A stretch of 64,000 nucleotides of DNA from Gammaproteobacteria bacterium (GTDB taxonomy: Bacteria > Pseudomonadota > Gammaproteobacteria > UBA4575): assembly GCA_963422595.1 (NCBI GenBank), contig OY730298.1, positions 612,861 through 676,860 on the forward strand, written 5' to 3'. Made by a program: the position numbers and the translations under genes. Numbering within the stretch: position 1 is the first letter of the stretch; the number at the start of each line of letters is the position of its first letter. Below are positions 1-8,740 of this stretch, one piece after another. The notes below the pieces were generated by a model. It saw nothing but the letters and a program-made list of their open reading frames with translations, was not told where the DNA came from and made no database searches.

Positions 1-37
1 CCATGTAAATTAAAATGCGCAGTTAAAGAATATAATA

Positions 38-862
38 ATGAGTTGGTGGGGTAAATTAGCAGGGGGCAGTTTAGGATTTGCCTTAGGCGGACCTATTGGC
101 GCCATGATCGGTGCCATGCTGGGGCATCAGCTCGACAAATCTGCCGCAAGTCAACCAGGCCCTGGCGGTAATACATTTGATCTCGGTTCGCAGGAACGTA
201 CTCAGGCAGCCTTTTTTGCTGCAACCTTTTCCGTCATGGGCCACATTGCAAAAGCTGATGGGCAGGTATCTCCTCAGGAAGTTCAGCTTGCTGAGCAGGT
301 TATGGAAGAGATGCAGCTGAATAAAGAGCAGCGCCAGGCTGCCATCAAATTATTTAATCAGGGGAAGCAAGCCGATTTTTCATCGGATGACGTACTTGAG
401 CAATTTCGCAAAGAATGTCATCGTAAAGTTACGCTCGTGCAGATGTTCATCGAAATTCAAATACAGGCGGCATATGCAGATGGCAAAAAGCATCCCGCTG
501 AAGAGCGTGTCTTAAAACATATTTGCAGCATGTTAGGATACCCACATGCTTTGCTTTCACAGTTAGAATCTTTAATATTCGCAGAACGACGTGCTTATCA
601 ACATTCAGGTGCGCAGAGTTTTCACACCTCTCCGGAATCTGAACTGAAAAATGCGTATAAAATTTTAGGCGTTAATGCGTCTGTAATGGATGCTGAGCTA
701 AAGAAAGCCTACCGCAGACTAATGAGTCAACACCACCCGGACAAATTAATATCTAAGGGATTGCCTGAAGAGATGATAGAAATCGCCACGAAAAAGGCCC
801 AGGAAATACAAAAGGCTTACGATTTAGTTAAAGAGGCACGCAAGCAGCATAAAGCAGCGTAG
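38..862 (+). CDS. djlA: Co-chaperone DjlA (N-terminal TM segment, TerB-like middle, C-terminal J domain)
   Basis: 274 aa. Gly-rich N-terminal TM stretch. C-terminal J-domain signature YKILGV...AYRRLMSQHHPDKL with the HPD tripeptide. Confidence 0.85.
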   Translation: MSWWGKLAGGSLGFALGGPIGAMIGAMLGHQLDKSAASQPGPGGNTFDLGSQERTQAAFFAATFSVMGHIAKADGQVSPQEVQLAEQVMEEMQLNKEQRQAAIKLFNQGKQADFSSDDVLEQFRKECHRKVTLVQMFIEIQIQAAYADGKKHPAEERVLKHICSMLGYPHALLSQLESLIFAERRAYQHSGAQSFHTSPESELKNAYKILGVNASVMDAELKKAYRRLMSQHHPDKLISKGLPEEMIEIATKKAQEIQKAYDLVKEARKQHKAA

Positions 863-1001
863 ACTTTAAACCTCAATTGAAAAAAAGGGTTATTATAGTG
901 CTTGGAAATACAGTCAGTTTTATGAACACTATAGAATAGAGAGACTGAAATATAAGTAAGCATACAAAATGAACATAACGACGTAAAATTTCATACTGCC
1001 G

Positions 1002-1982
1002 ATGACCAGACCCTACCTTATTTTGACATGGATGGCGGTTTTTGTACTGAGTGCGGCAATAGCGCTTACATTTATATATAACCCCGTAATCTTCGCTTTC
1101 AAAACCAATCCCTGGTTTAACGCCCTAATTGCCCTCGTTCTGATTATCGGGATAGCGTATAACTTCCGACAGGTTTTTAGTCTGTATATAGAGATTGATT
1201 GGATCGAATGTTTTCGTAATGCAGAAGATTTCAACGCCTCTGAAATGACTACGTCGTTACTTGCGCCCATGGCGCGCATGCTGTCAAAAAAAGAAAGTGA
1301 TCAACTAACGTTATCTGCGACGTCGACGCGATCTTTGTTAGACAGTATCAGTAATCGACTGGAAGAATCACGTGATATATCACGTTATTTAATTGGGCTA
1401 CTGATTTTTTTAGGGCTACTTGGTACCTTTTGGGGTTTATTAGCTACGGTAAGCTCAGTAGGTGACATCATCAAAGGAATGTCCGGGCAAGGTACAGATA
1501 GCCTGGCATTATTTGAAAACCTTAAATCAAGGTTACAACAGCCTTTATCAGGGATGGGCGTTGCTTTTAGTTCTTCATTATTCGGCTTGGCTGGTTCACT
1601 AGTGCTGGGTTTTTTAGATCTACAAGCGGGACATGCGCAAAGAAGATTTTTCAATGAGTTAGAAGACTGGCTTTCAGAAGTAACGCATCTTTCGTCAGGA
1701 TCCTTACTTGGAGATGGCGAGGTACCAGTGCCGGCCTATGTTCAGGCGCTGCTTGAGCAAACTGCTGATGGCATCAACAGTTTACAAAGAACGCTAAACA
1801 ATCAGGCCGATGAACAGTCTAGACTGGATGCACATCTACTTACCCTTACCCGACAGTTGGCTGAGATTGGCGAGTATTTAAAGCGCGATCAACGGCCGTT
1901 TTCAGAGGAGCTGCGCAAGGAACTCCGCGTTCTTACCCGCACTATTGCTGCGTCTTTAGCCAATAAGCCGCCGCAGAAATAG
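1002..1982 (+). CDS. MotA/TolQ/ExbB-family proton-channel protein (stator-like)
   Basis: 326 aa. Predicted 2+2 TM helices separated by a cytoplasmic loop, typical of the MotA/TolQ/ExbB family. Ends 8 bp before an OmpA/MotB-domain gene. Confidence 0.6.
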   Translation: MTRPYLILTWMAVFVLSAAIALTFIYNPVIFAFKTNPWFNALIALVLIIGIAYNFRQVFSLYIEIDWIECFRNAEDFNASEMTTSLLAPMARMLSKKESDQLTLSATSTRSLLDSISNRLEESRDISRYLIGLLIFLGLLGTFWGLLATVSSVGDIIKGMSGQGTDSLALFENLKSRLQQPLSGMGVAFSSSLFGLAGSLVLGFLDLQAGHAQRRFFNELEDWLSEVTHLSSGSLLGDGEVPVPAYVQALLEQTADGINSLQRTLNNQADEQSRLDAHLLTLTRQLAEIGEYLKRDQRPFSEELRKELRVLTRTIAASLANKPPQK

Positions 1983-1989
1983 TTTAATT

Positions 1990-3027
1990 ATGCAATTAAT
2001 TTATGCTCATCGCCGTCGCGGCGTGAATATATGGCCAGGTTTTGTAGATGCCTTAGCCGCTTTATTAATAGTCATAATATTCCTGCTCCTGATATTCACA
2101 ATCGGGCAGTTTTACTTAAGCCATGCCTTAAGCAGTAAAGAAAAAACATTAACGCAGCTTGACAAGCAGGTTGCTCGGCTTGCCGATTTACTTGCCCTTG
2201 AGAAAACCACCAGCGTAAATTTACAAACGGAAGTTGGTGAATTAACTGCGCAGCTGGCTACCAAGAGTGAAACCCTTGAATTATTACAAGTCGATATAAA
2301 GTCACTAACGGAATTGCGTAAACAGCTAGAAAAAGACGTTACAAGTCTTACCACCAGGCTTCAGCAGAGTGATGAAACTTTGCGCGTGGAGAAGGAAATC
2401 TCCGCAGAATTGATTGCGCGGGTAGGAGTACTCAATTTTCAGGTAAAGGCCCTGAGGGAGCAGCTTGAGACCATATCAAAAGTTTTAGGGCTTGAGTTAG
2501 ACGCGGGTAAAGAAGGCATAGAAAGACTGGCAGAACGCATAAATATTGCTTTAGCCGAAAAAGCGCAGGAATTAGCCCGTTACCGTTCCAATTTTTTTGG
2601 TCGTTTACGAGTGGCATTAGGAGAAAATCCGGATATCCAAATAGTCGGTGATCGATTTGTTCTACAGTCAGAACTGCTATTCGATAGTGCTTCAGCCGAA
2701 CTGGGTGAGCGTGGCAAGCAACAAGTGAAAAAACTGTCTCAAACTCTTAATTTACTTGCTGCTGATATACCAGGTGACATAGAGTGGATAGTACGTATTG
2801 ACGGACATACTGACAACAGACCGATCAGCACGGAAAAATACCCTTCAAACTGGGAGTTATCAACGGCGCGTGCCTTGGCGATTGTAAGATACATGATTAC
2901 TCAAAGTGTTCCGGCAAAGCGGCTTGCTGCAACTGGATTTGGCGAATTTCATCCTTTAGACGTGGGTGAGACTGCCGAGGCATACGCAAAGAATCGACGG
3001 ATAGAGATTAAACTAACAGCAAGATGA
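1990..3027 (+). CDS. MotB/OmpA-like protein: N-terminal TM anchor, roughly 150-aa coiled coil, C-terminal peptidoglycan-binding OmpA domain
   Basis: 345 aa. C-terminus IDGHTDNRPI...NWELSTARALAIVRY...GFGE matches the OmpA/MotB peptidoglycan-binding motif. Heptad-rich middle region. Confidence 0.7.
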   Translation: MQLIYAHRRRGVNIWPGFVDALAALLIVIIFLLLIFTIGQFYLSHALSSKEKTLTQLDKQVARLADLLALEKTTSVNLQTEVGELTAQLATKSETLELLQVDIKSLTELRKQLEKDVTSLTTRLQQSDETLRVEKEISAELIARVGVLNFQVKALREQLETISKVLGLELDAGKEGIERLAERINIALAEKAQELARYRSNFFGRLRVALGENPDIQIVGDRFVLQSELLFDSASAELGERGKQQVKKLSQTLNLLAADIPGDIEWIVRIDGHTDNRPISTEKYPSNWELSTARALAIVRYMITQSVPAKRLAATGFGEFHPLDVGETAEAYAKNRRIEIKLTAR

Positions 3028-3425
3028 TCCTGCACACGCGGTTATTTTCTCTCAATTACATATAAGTATAACTATATCCGCATCGGTACAGGGGCCTGTC
3101 CTGAATAATAATTATTGCGTAATATCCTAAATATCCTGTGTATCCATGTTCATAGTGCCGTAAGTTTCGACGAGGGTTCAAGGCGTTGCTTCGCCGAACA
3201 GAAATTTTTTTGGGGGAGGAGGGGTAAGGACGTGGCGAGAACCCGAAGAACGGGGCATTGTTCAATATACTAAAGACACTAAACTAAGGATACTAAAGAA
3301 ATTTTGTCGTTGGTTCATCAAGGCTTCCATCCATTTTTGCGCGCGCGGGATTGTTCATTACTTGGTGCATTTATCTTAGCCGGTCTTAATATCCGCGCGG
3401 CAATATCATAAAAGAATGAAAACAC

Positions 3426-3620
3426 GGATGTACAAGGTATTCAGGGTGCAGAGAAACTGCACGATGCGTTGACGCATTCGATTATTCCTATGTCTTTGAG
3501 CTATCAATGATCTGGGAGGCGGGTTTTTGGACAGTGTACGAAAAGGTTATGATGATCACGGTTATAGACAAAGCAGGGTACGCAAGACTCAGGATTTAAT
3601 TATCCTGTCCATCCACGTTT
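3426..3620 (+). repeat. MITE/REP-like dispersed repeat, copy A (core AAAGAAACTGCACGATGCGTTGAYRCATTCGATTATTCCT; ends resembling GGATGKACAGGAT...TTAATTATCCTGTCCATCC)
   Basis: Shares the conserved core with copies at about 39851-40105, 44935-45100 and 47025-47143. Imperfect terminal inverted repeats. Its right end overlaps the last codons and stop of the RND permease gene. Confidence 0.55.
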
Positions 3621-6600
3621 ATATTCTTTGTTTATACCCAGCTGTAAAAGACTGGGCAATAAAATCAAAGTAAAGACGGTACTTACCGCCATACCGCCCA
3701 CAATCACTGCTGCAAGACCTTTATAGAGTTCTGAGCCCGCGCCTGGAATCACCAACAAGGGTAACATGCCAAAGATACTGGTTAGGGTACTCATCAGGAT
3801 AGGACGTAGTCGCACGCGCACCGACTCTTGCACTGCTTCACGACGATCTTTACCATTGCGTTCCGAGGTGCGCGCCTGATGTACTAACAGGATGGCATTG
3901 TTCACCACCAGTCCTAATAAAATAATAAAGCCAAGCATAGTCAACAGATCTGCGGGTAAGCCCAGTAATCGTAACATCAGAACGCCGCCTACCGTAGCCA
4001 GCGGTAAAGCCAGAATAACCAGGACGCTGTCAAAAAAAGATCGAAATAACGCGCTAATTAGAAGGTAGAGGATAATCACCGCCAGGATAAAACTATTGGT
4101 AAAACTTTTTATAGCGGTTTTTAAGTTATCTGCCGAACCACTAAGTCTGATTTCACCATCCTCGGGGAGTTGTTGCTCCATCAGCGGTACCACTTCCTGT
4201 TTTATTTTTTCAATTGCCACCTCCAGCGGCATTCCCGAAGGTGGTCGCAACTCCAGGGTAATGGTACGTCGTCGATCCAAACGACGTATGACGTCCGGGC
4301 CCGCGGTACGTTTAATATCAACAAGCTCGCTCACGGGCAATACGCCTCCTTTAGGTGTGTGCATAGGGATAGCAGCTAGTTTTTCCGGCGTATTCCATGG
4401 TTGTACGCGCGCAATGATGTCCAGCTTTTCTTCGCCATTAAAATATTCCCCCACAAATAAGCCTTGTCCCAAAAGCCTGGTTACTTGCGCCATTGTGGCG
4501 CGATCCCAACCGGCCTCTACCAAACGATTTTCTTTAGGTGCCAGTTGTAGTTCAGGTTCAGCTAATTGCAGACCAGGACGTGGACGTGCTCGCACGCCAC
4601 TGAAGATAGTTGGAATTTTGAAAAATCCGATTTGCGCAGCACGCAATAAACTTTCTATATCATTTCCCTGAATATTAATGTCGATCTCCGTGCGTCCACC
4701 GACGCCACTAAACAAAGAAGCCTTTTGAACGATTGGGAAAGAGTCCGGAAATCCAGCTATTGCTTTATGCACTACTTCCATTACCTGATTCACTTGTTTT
4801 TTATTTGCTTTTGCGGCACGCGCACCTAAAAATATTGACCCCGAGCTTGCGACAAAAAAGTAATGTTTGATGCCTGGGGTTTTTGTGCCGTCAATATAAG
4901 GTTGCATATGCTCTGCAATGACCCTTCCCATTTCTGTTTCAATATGGTCTATGTTGACACCTGGTGGTGGTATCACAATGCCAAATACTAAATTTCGATT
5001 TCCTGTTGGTAAGTAGTCTGTTTTTGGAAACACAAGCACGGTAATTACAACAGAGATTGTTATTAAACCGATTATCCATGACCAACGTCGTACAGTTGTA
5101 CTGGTGATACTCATGATTGCAGAGGTAACGTGATTCCACCATACGTCATGTTTATCTTTCAATTTCAGACTCGAGGTAAACTTAAACATGGCGGTAGGAA
5201 TCACTACACTCGCCACTACCAGCGAAGCGGCTATAGCTGCTGATATCGCGATCGCAAGATCTGAAAACAATTGCCCACTTTGATCTTTTAAGAATATTAT
5301 CGGTAGAAAAATCGCTATCGTCGTTAATGTGGATGCCAATAGCGCAGGCCACACTTGCTTAGTGCCTTCAAACGCCGCTTGTTGAGGAGACAAGCCCTGC
5401 TCACGCATGCGCACGATATTCTCCAGCACTATAATTGCGGCATCCATAACCATACCAACTGCAAAGGCCATACCTGCCAACGAAATGACGTTTATGGTGC
5501 GGCCTGTTGTGTTCATTACCATAAACGTTACGAATAAACAAAGTGGTATCGTTACGGTAACAATCAAAGTTGCGCGCAGTTTTCGTAAAAACCACCACAA
5601 GACTCCAACGGCTAATAAAATCCCTAATCCCAGGTTATTGCGCAACAGTTCAATCGCGCTATTGATATACACGGTTTCATCGTAGACTTGTTCAATAGTA
5701 AGCCCGGCTCGTTTGAATGCACCCTGCTCAATTTCTTTTACTGCGGCACGGATGTCACGCATGGTTTCAAGGACGTTAACGCCAGCTTCGCGATAAGCGT
5801 TTACCGCGATGGATTGATCGCCCTTGGTAATTACAAAGTTATTGCGATCTACTGTGCGTATCTCTACTTTTGCGACATCGCGCAACGCAACTGGTTTATT
5901 TCCGCGCCATTCCAGGATGAGTTCACTGAGCTCTGCAGGGCTTAGCGCCCCTGTATAGCGTAATGTATAACGGCGCTTGCCAACGTCTGCGGTGCCACCC
6001 GAAATATCATTATTTCCACCCGCAAGTATTGCCGCTCTGGGTAATTCGATGCCAAGTCCGGCGGCCTTGTATGCGTCCACAGTGATGCGCACCTCGTATT
6101 TATGGCCACCACGCACTTCCGAAAGTGCCACCCCCGCCACCCGTTCAAATCGGGTTTGTACGACTTCTTCCACAAAATCACGATAAGTTTCAATTGCGCG
6201 CGAGTTGTCTTTATGTGGCTTGATAATAAACCACGCGATGGGACGTCCTCGCCCGCCTGCGGTACTTAGTACGGGTTCGTCCGCGTCCCGCGGATAACTG
6301 GGCACCCGATTGAGACGATTGATGACCTCGATTAGTGCTCGGTTCAAGTCATAATCCACCTCAAAGGTGATAGTAATCTTACCGCTGCTGCTACTGGCTT
6401 CGGAAAGTAACTCCTTCATGCCCGGCAAGCCCCGTAATTGTTTTTCCTGAGGCTCTATGATTTCCGCTTCAACTTCTTCAGGCGCCGCCGCGCGCCACGT
6501 TGTGGTAATAACAATTTCAGGTTGTTCAACTTCAGGTGTAAGTTGGATAGGCAGATGAGTCAGGGCAACCGTTCCGAATACCGCGGCCAACAGGCAACCA

Positions 6601-6647
6601 ACCAAGGTAGCCACCGGGTTTTTCAGTGCCAGCTGGATAAAATTCAT
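3600..6647 (-). CDS. RND efflux transporter permease (AcrB/HAE1 family)
   Basis: 1015 aa, 12-TM architecture with two large periplasmic loops, typical RND motifs. Overlaps the upstream adaptor gene by 4 bp. Confidence 0.9.
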   Translation of the reverse strand: MNFIQLALKNPVATLVGCLLAAVFGTVALTHLPIQLTPEVEQPEIVITTTWRAAAPEEVEAEIIEPQEKQLRGLPGMKELLSEASSSSGKITITFEVDYDLNRALIEVINRLNRVPSYPRDADEPVLSTAGGRGRPIAWFIIKPHKDNSRAIETYRDFVEEVVQTRFERVAGVALSEVRGGHKYEVRITVDAYKAAGLGIELPRAAILAGGNNDISGGTADVGKRRYTLRYTGALSPAELSELILEWRGNKPVALRDVAKVEIRTVDRNNFVITKGDQSIAVNAYREAGVNVLETMRDIRAAVKEIEQGAFKRAGLTIEQVYDETVYINSAIELLRNNLGLGILLAVGVLWWFLRKLRATLIVTVTIPLCLFVTFMVMNTTGRTINVISLAGMAFAVGMVMDAAIIVLENIVRMREQGLSPQQAAFEGTKQVWPALLASTLTTIAIFLPIIFLKDQSGQLFSDLAIAISAAIAASLVVASVVIPTAMFKFTSSLKLKDKHDVWWNHVTSAIMSITSTTVRRWSWIIGLITISVVITVLVFPKTDYLPTGNRNLVFGIVIPPPGVNIDHIETEMGRVIAEHMQPYIDGTKTPGIKHYFFVASSGSIFLGARAAKANKKQVNQVMEVVHKAIAGFPDSFPIVQKASLFSGVGGRTEIDINIQGNDIESLLRAAQIGFFKIPTIFSGVRARPRPGLQLAEPELQLAPKENRLVEAGWDRATMAQVTRLLGQGLFVGEYFNGEEKLDIIARVQPWNTPEKLAAIPMHTPKGGVLPVSELVDIKRTAGPDVIRRLDRRRTITLELRPPSGMPLEVAIEKIKQEVVPLMEQQLPEDGEIRLSGSADNLKTAIKSFTNSFILAVIILYLLISALFRSFFDSVLVILALPLATVGGVLMLRLLGLPADLLTMLGFIILLGLVVNNAILLVHQARTSERNGKDRREAVQESVRVRLRPILMSTLTSIFGMLPLLVIPGAGSELYKGLAAVIVGGMAVSTVFTLILLPSLLQLGINKEYKRGWTG

Positions 6648-7705
6648 GAACCCGCTGGTGGCGGTTTTACTGTGACCATCATGCCAGGTTGCAGGTTTTC
6701 ACCGCCGCGCGTCACCACCAGGTCATCAGGCCGAATCCCTCCAATTACCTCAATGCTGGTAGTTTCTGCGACTCCGGTTTCCACGTTGATTCGCTCGGCT
6801 ATTAATTGTTCATTAATACGAAAAACGTAAATTCCTTCTCTGCGCAACACTAAGGCATCGCGCGGTACCAGCACAGCCTCTCGCGTATGCGCGGTTGGAA
6901 TAGCAACACGTAACAGATTGCCAGCGCTTAATGAATGAGTGGCGATGGATATGCGTAACTCATATAATCGTGATACGTCACCTCCTACGGGGACAAGCGC
7001 GCGAACTTTACCTGCTCCTGTTAATTTCCCGCGCGTATAGGTTAATGGAGTACCGATAGTGATAAATTGCAGGGAAGTTGCCGGAACGCGCGTTTGAATT
7101 TCGAGGTTGCTGGTACTTACCAGGCGCACAATGGTATTACCATCTTTAGCCCATTCTCCCGCCTGCAACAGCTGTTCCGATACCACGCCATCAAAGGGCG
7201 CGAGCACCTTGGTTCGTCGTAGCCGTTCCTGTGCCTGAACCAGTCGCGCTGTTGCCGAAACTATATTGCTACGCGCCACGGACTGATCCGCAATGGCCTG
7301 ATCAAGCTGGCTGCGCGCGATATTGTTTTCTGAAACCAGCTTTTGAAATCGCTCAACCTCTTTAGAGTGAAAATCAAATTTAGCTTTTTCACTTTGAATA
7401 GTAGCTCTTTCTTCTATGATTTGTTGTTGAATAAATACATCATCCAGCTTTGCGACCACAGCATCTTTGCTGAAGCGATCGCCCACCTCCGCAACCCTAA
7501 TCAAACGTCCGGATATTTCCCCGGCCAAATTGACGTCATCACGACTGATCACCGTAGCACTATACAAAGCGGTGGGCGCAATGCTTTTTTGCACCGCTTG
7601 CTCTGCTACCACGAATATAGGCGGGGGCCTCTTTTTATCTTCCGCGTGGCATACAGAGATAAAGAGTATTAACGTCAATGCGATCTTTAAGAATGGACGA
7701 TTCAT
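6644..7705 (-). CDS. RND efflux periplasmic adaptor (membrane fusion protein, HlyD/AcrA family)
   Basis: 353 aa. Signal/lipobox-like N-terminus (LILFISVCHA), coiled-coil hairpin and beta-barrel regions. Translationally coupled to the RND permease. Confidence 0.85.
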   Translation of the reverse strand: MNRPFLKIALTLILFISVCHAEDKKRPPPIFVVAEQAVQKSIAPTALYSATVISRDDVNLAGEISGRLIRVAEVGDRFSKDAVVAKLDDVFIQQQIIEERATIQSEKAKFDFHSKEVERFQKLVSENNIARSQLDQAIADQSVARSNIVSATARLVQAQERLRRTKVLAPFDGVVSEQLLQAGEWAKDGNTIVRLVSTSNLEIQTRVPATSLQFITIGTPLTYTRGKLTGAGKVRALVPVGGDVSRLYELRISIATHSLSAGNLLRVAIPTAHTREAVLVPRDALVLRREGIYVFRINEQLIAERINVETGVAETTSIEVIGGIRPDDLVVTRGGENLQPGMMVTVKPPPAGS

Positions 7706-7745
7706 AAATATATGGTTGATTAATTTCAGATACTAAAGCTATACA

Positions 7746-8705
7746 TTAACTAAGCGTTCCATTGCAACTGCTACCCTGTCCAGCGGTACAGCCATAACAG
7801 TGATCGGCGACCGCAATCTCGTTATTTTCCAGATCCACGTCGATTAGTTCTGACAAATGTGTACGCATTTGATCATTATGCCGTACAGCGAGTCCAAGCA
7901 TCTGATTAAAATCACAGTCATACACGTAACCCCTCCAATCTACGCTTATTAAAGAGCGACACATCACCGACTGTAAGTTTTTCTCGTAATAGGAGTCGCG
8001 TAATAACTGCATATACTGGTGAAATTTCCCCTGGCTGATCAGGCTACTGCCAAATCTCTGAATTGGCATGTTCGTGATGGTAAACAAGTGATCAAAGCTT
8101 ACGTCATATCTCACTAAAAACTCATGGTACTCTTGTTCCAGTGATTCCTGTGGGGGGGGCAGCTGTGCACCTTGCGGATTATACACCAGTGTTAATTTCA
8201 GCTGCTCGTGGTTGCTGCCATAACCCAGGTCATTAAGTTTTTTTAGTGCACGTATACTTTTCCAAAACACACCTTTGCCACGTTGTCTGTCTACGTTTTC
8301 TTTAAGGTAGCAAGGCAGCGAGGCGACAATCTCCACTTGGTGGTCAGCCAGAAAGTCTGCCAAATCTTCCTGGCCAGGTTCTTCAAGGACAGTCAGGTTG
8401 CAGCGGTCAATCACTTGTCGTGATTGACCGCGCGCAGTTTTTACCAGTTCCCTGAATAGTGGGTGCAACTCAGGAGCGCCGCCAGTAATATCAAGTAGTC
8501 GTATATTTTGCGTCAGCAGATAATCAATGACGATACCTATGGTTTCAGGCGACATCATCTCATTACGGGTGGGGCCAGCGTTCACGTGACAATGCACGCA
8601 AGACTGGTTACAGCGATAGCCAAGATTGACTTGTAAAGTTTCGACTTTACGACGGTGAATTTTGGGAAAATCGGTTGGTTTTAGTAAATGTACAGTTGCG
8701 TGCAT
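7746..8705 (-). CDS. Radical SAM protein with Cys-rich C-terminus, ArsS-like (arsenosugar-biosynthesis radical SAM family)
   Basis: 319 aa. CNQSCVHC radical-SAM cluster motif near the N-terminus. C-terminal CYGCTAGQGSSCNG Cys-rich tail characteristic of the ArsS/rSAM-Cys-rich family. Confidence 0.65.
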   Translation of the reverse strand: MHATVHLLKPTDFPKIHRRKVETLQVNLGYRCNQSCVHCHVNAGPTRNEMMSPETIGIVIDYLLTQNIRLLDITGGAPELHPLFRELVKTARGQSRQVIDRCNLTVLEEPGQEDLADFLADHQVEIVASLPCYLKENVDRQRGKGVFWKSIRALKKLNDLGYGSNHEQLKLTLVYNPQGAQLPPPQESLEQEYHEFLVRYDVSFDHLFTITNMPIQRFGSSLISQGKFHQYMQLLRDSYYEKNLQSVMCRSLISVDWRGYVYDCDFNQMLGLAVRHNDQMRTHLSELIDVDLENNEIAVADHCYGCTAGQGSSCNGTLS

Positions 8706-8740
8706 GCTATGCTCATCAATTATGAGGCCATAAAAATGGC

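Noticed and set aside
111-320. 69-aa ORF nested inside djlA in another frame
   Set aside because: It lies entirely within the well-supported djlA reading frame.
4096-4671. 191-aa ORF antisense to the RND permease, and similar ORFs antisense to other long genes (12075-12467, 31042-31407, 32521-32907, 47936-48262, 53512-53859, 61111-61449)
   Set aside because: They are embedded antisense in well-supported genes and have no start context or recognisable domains.
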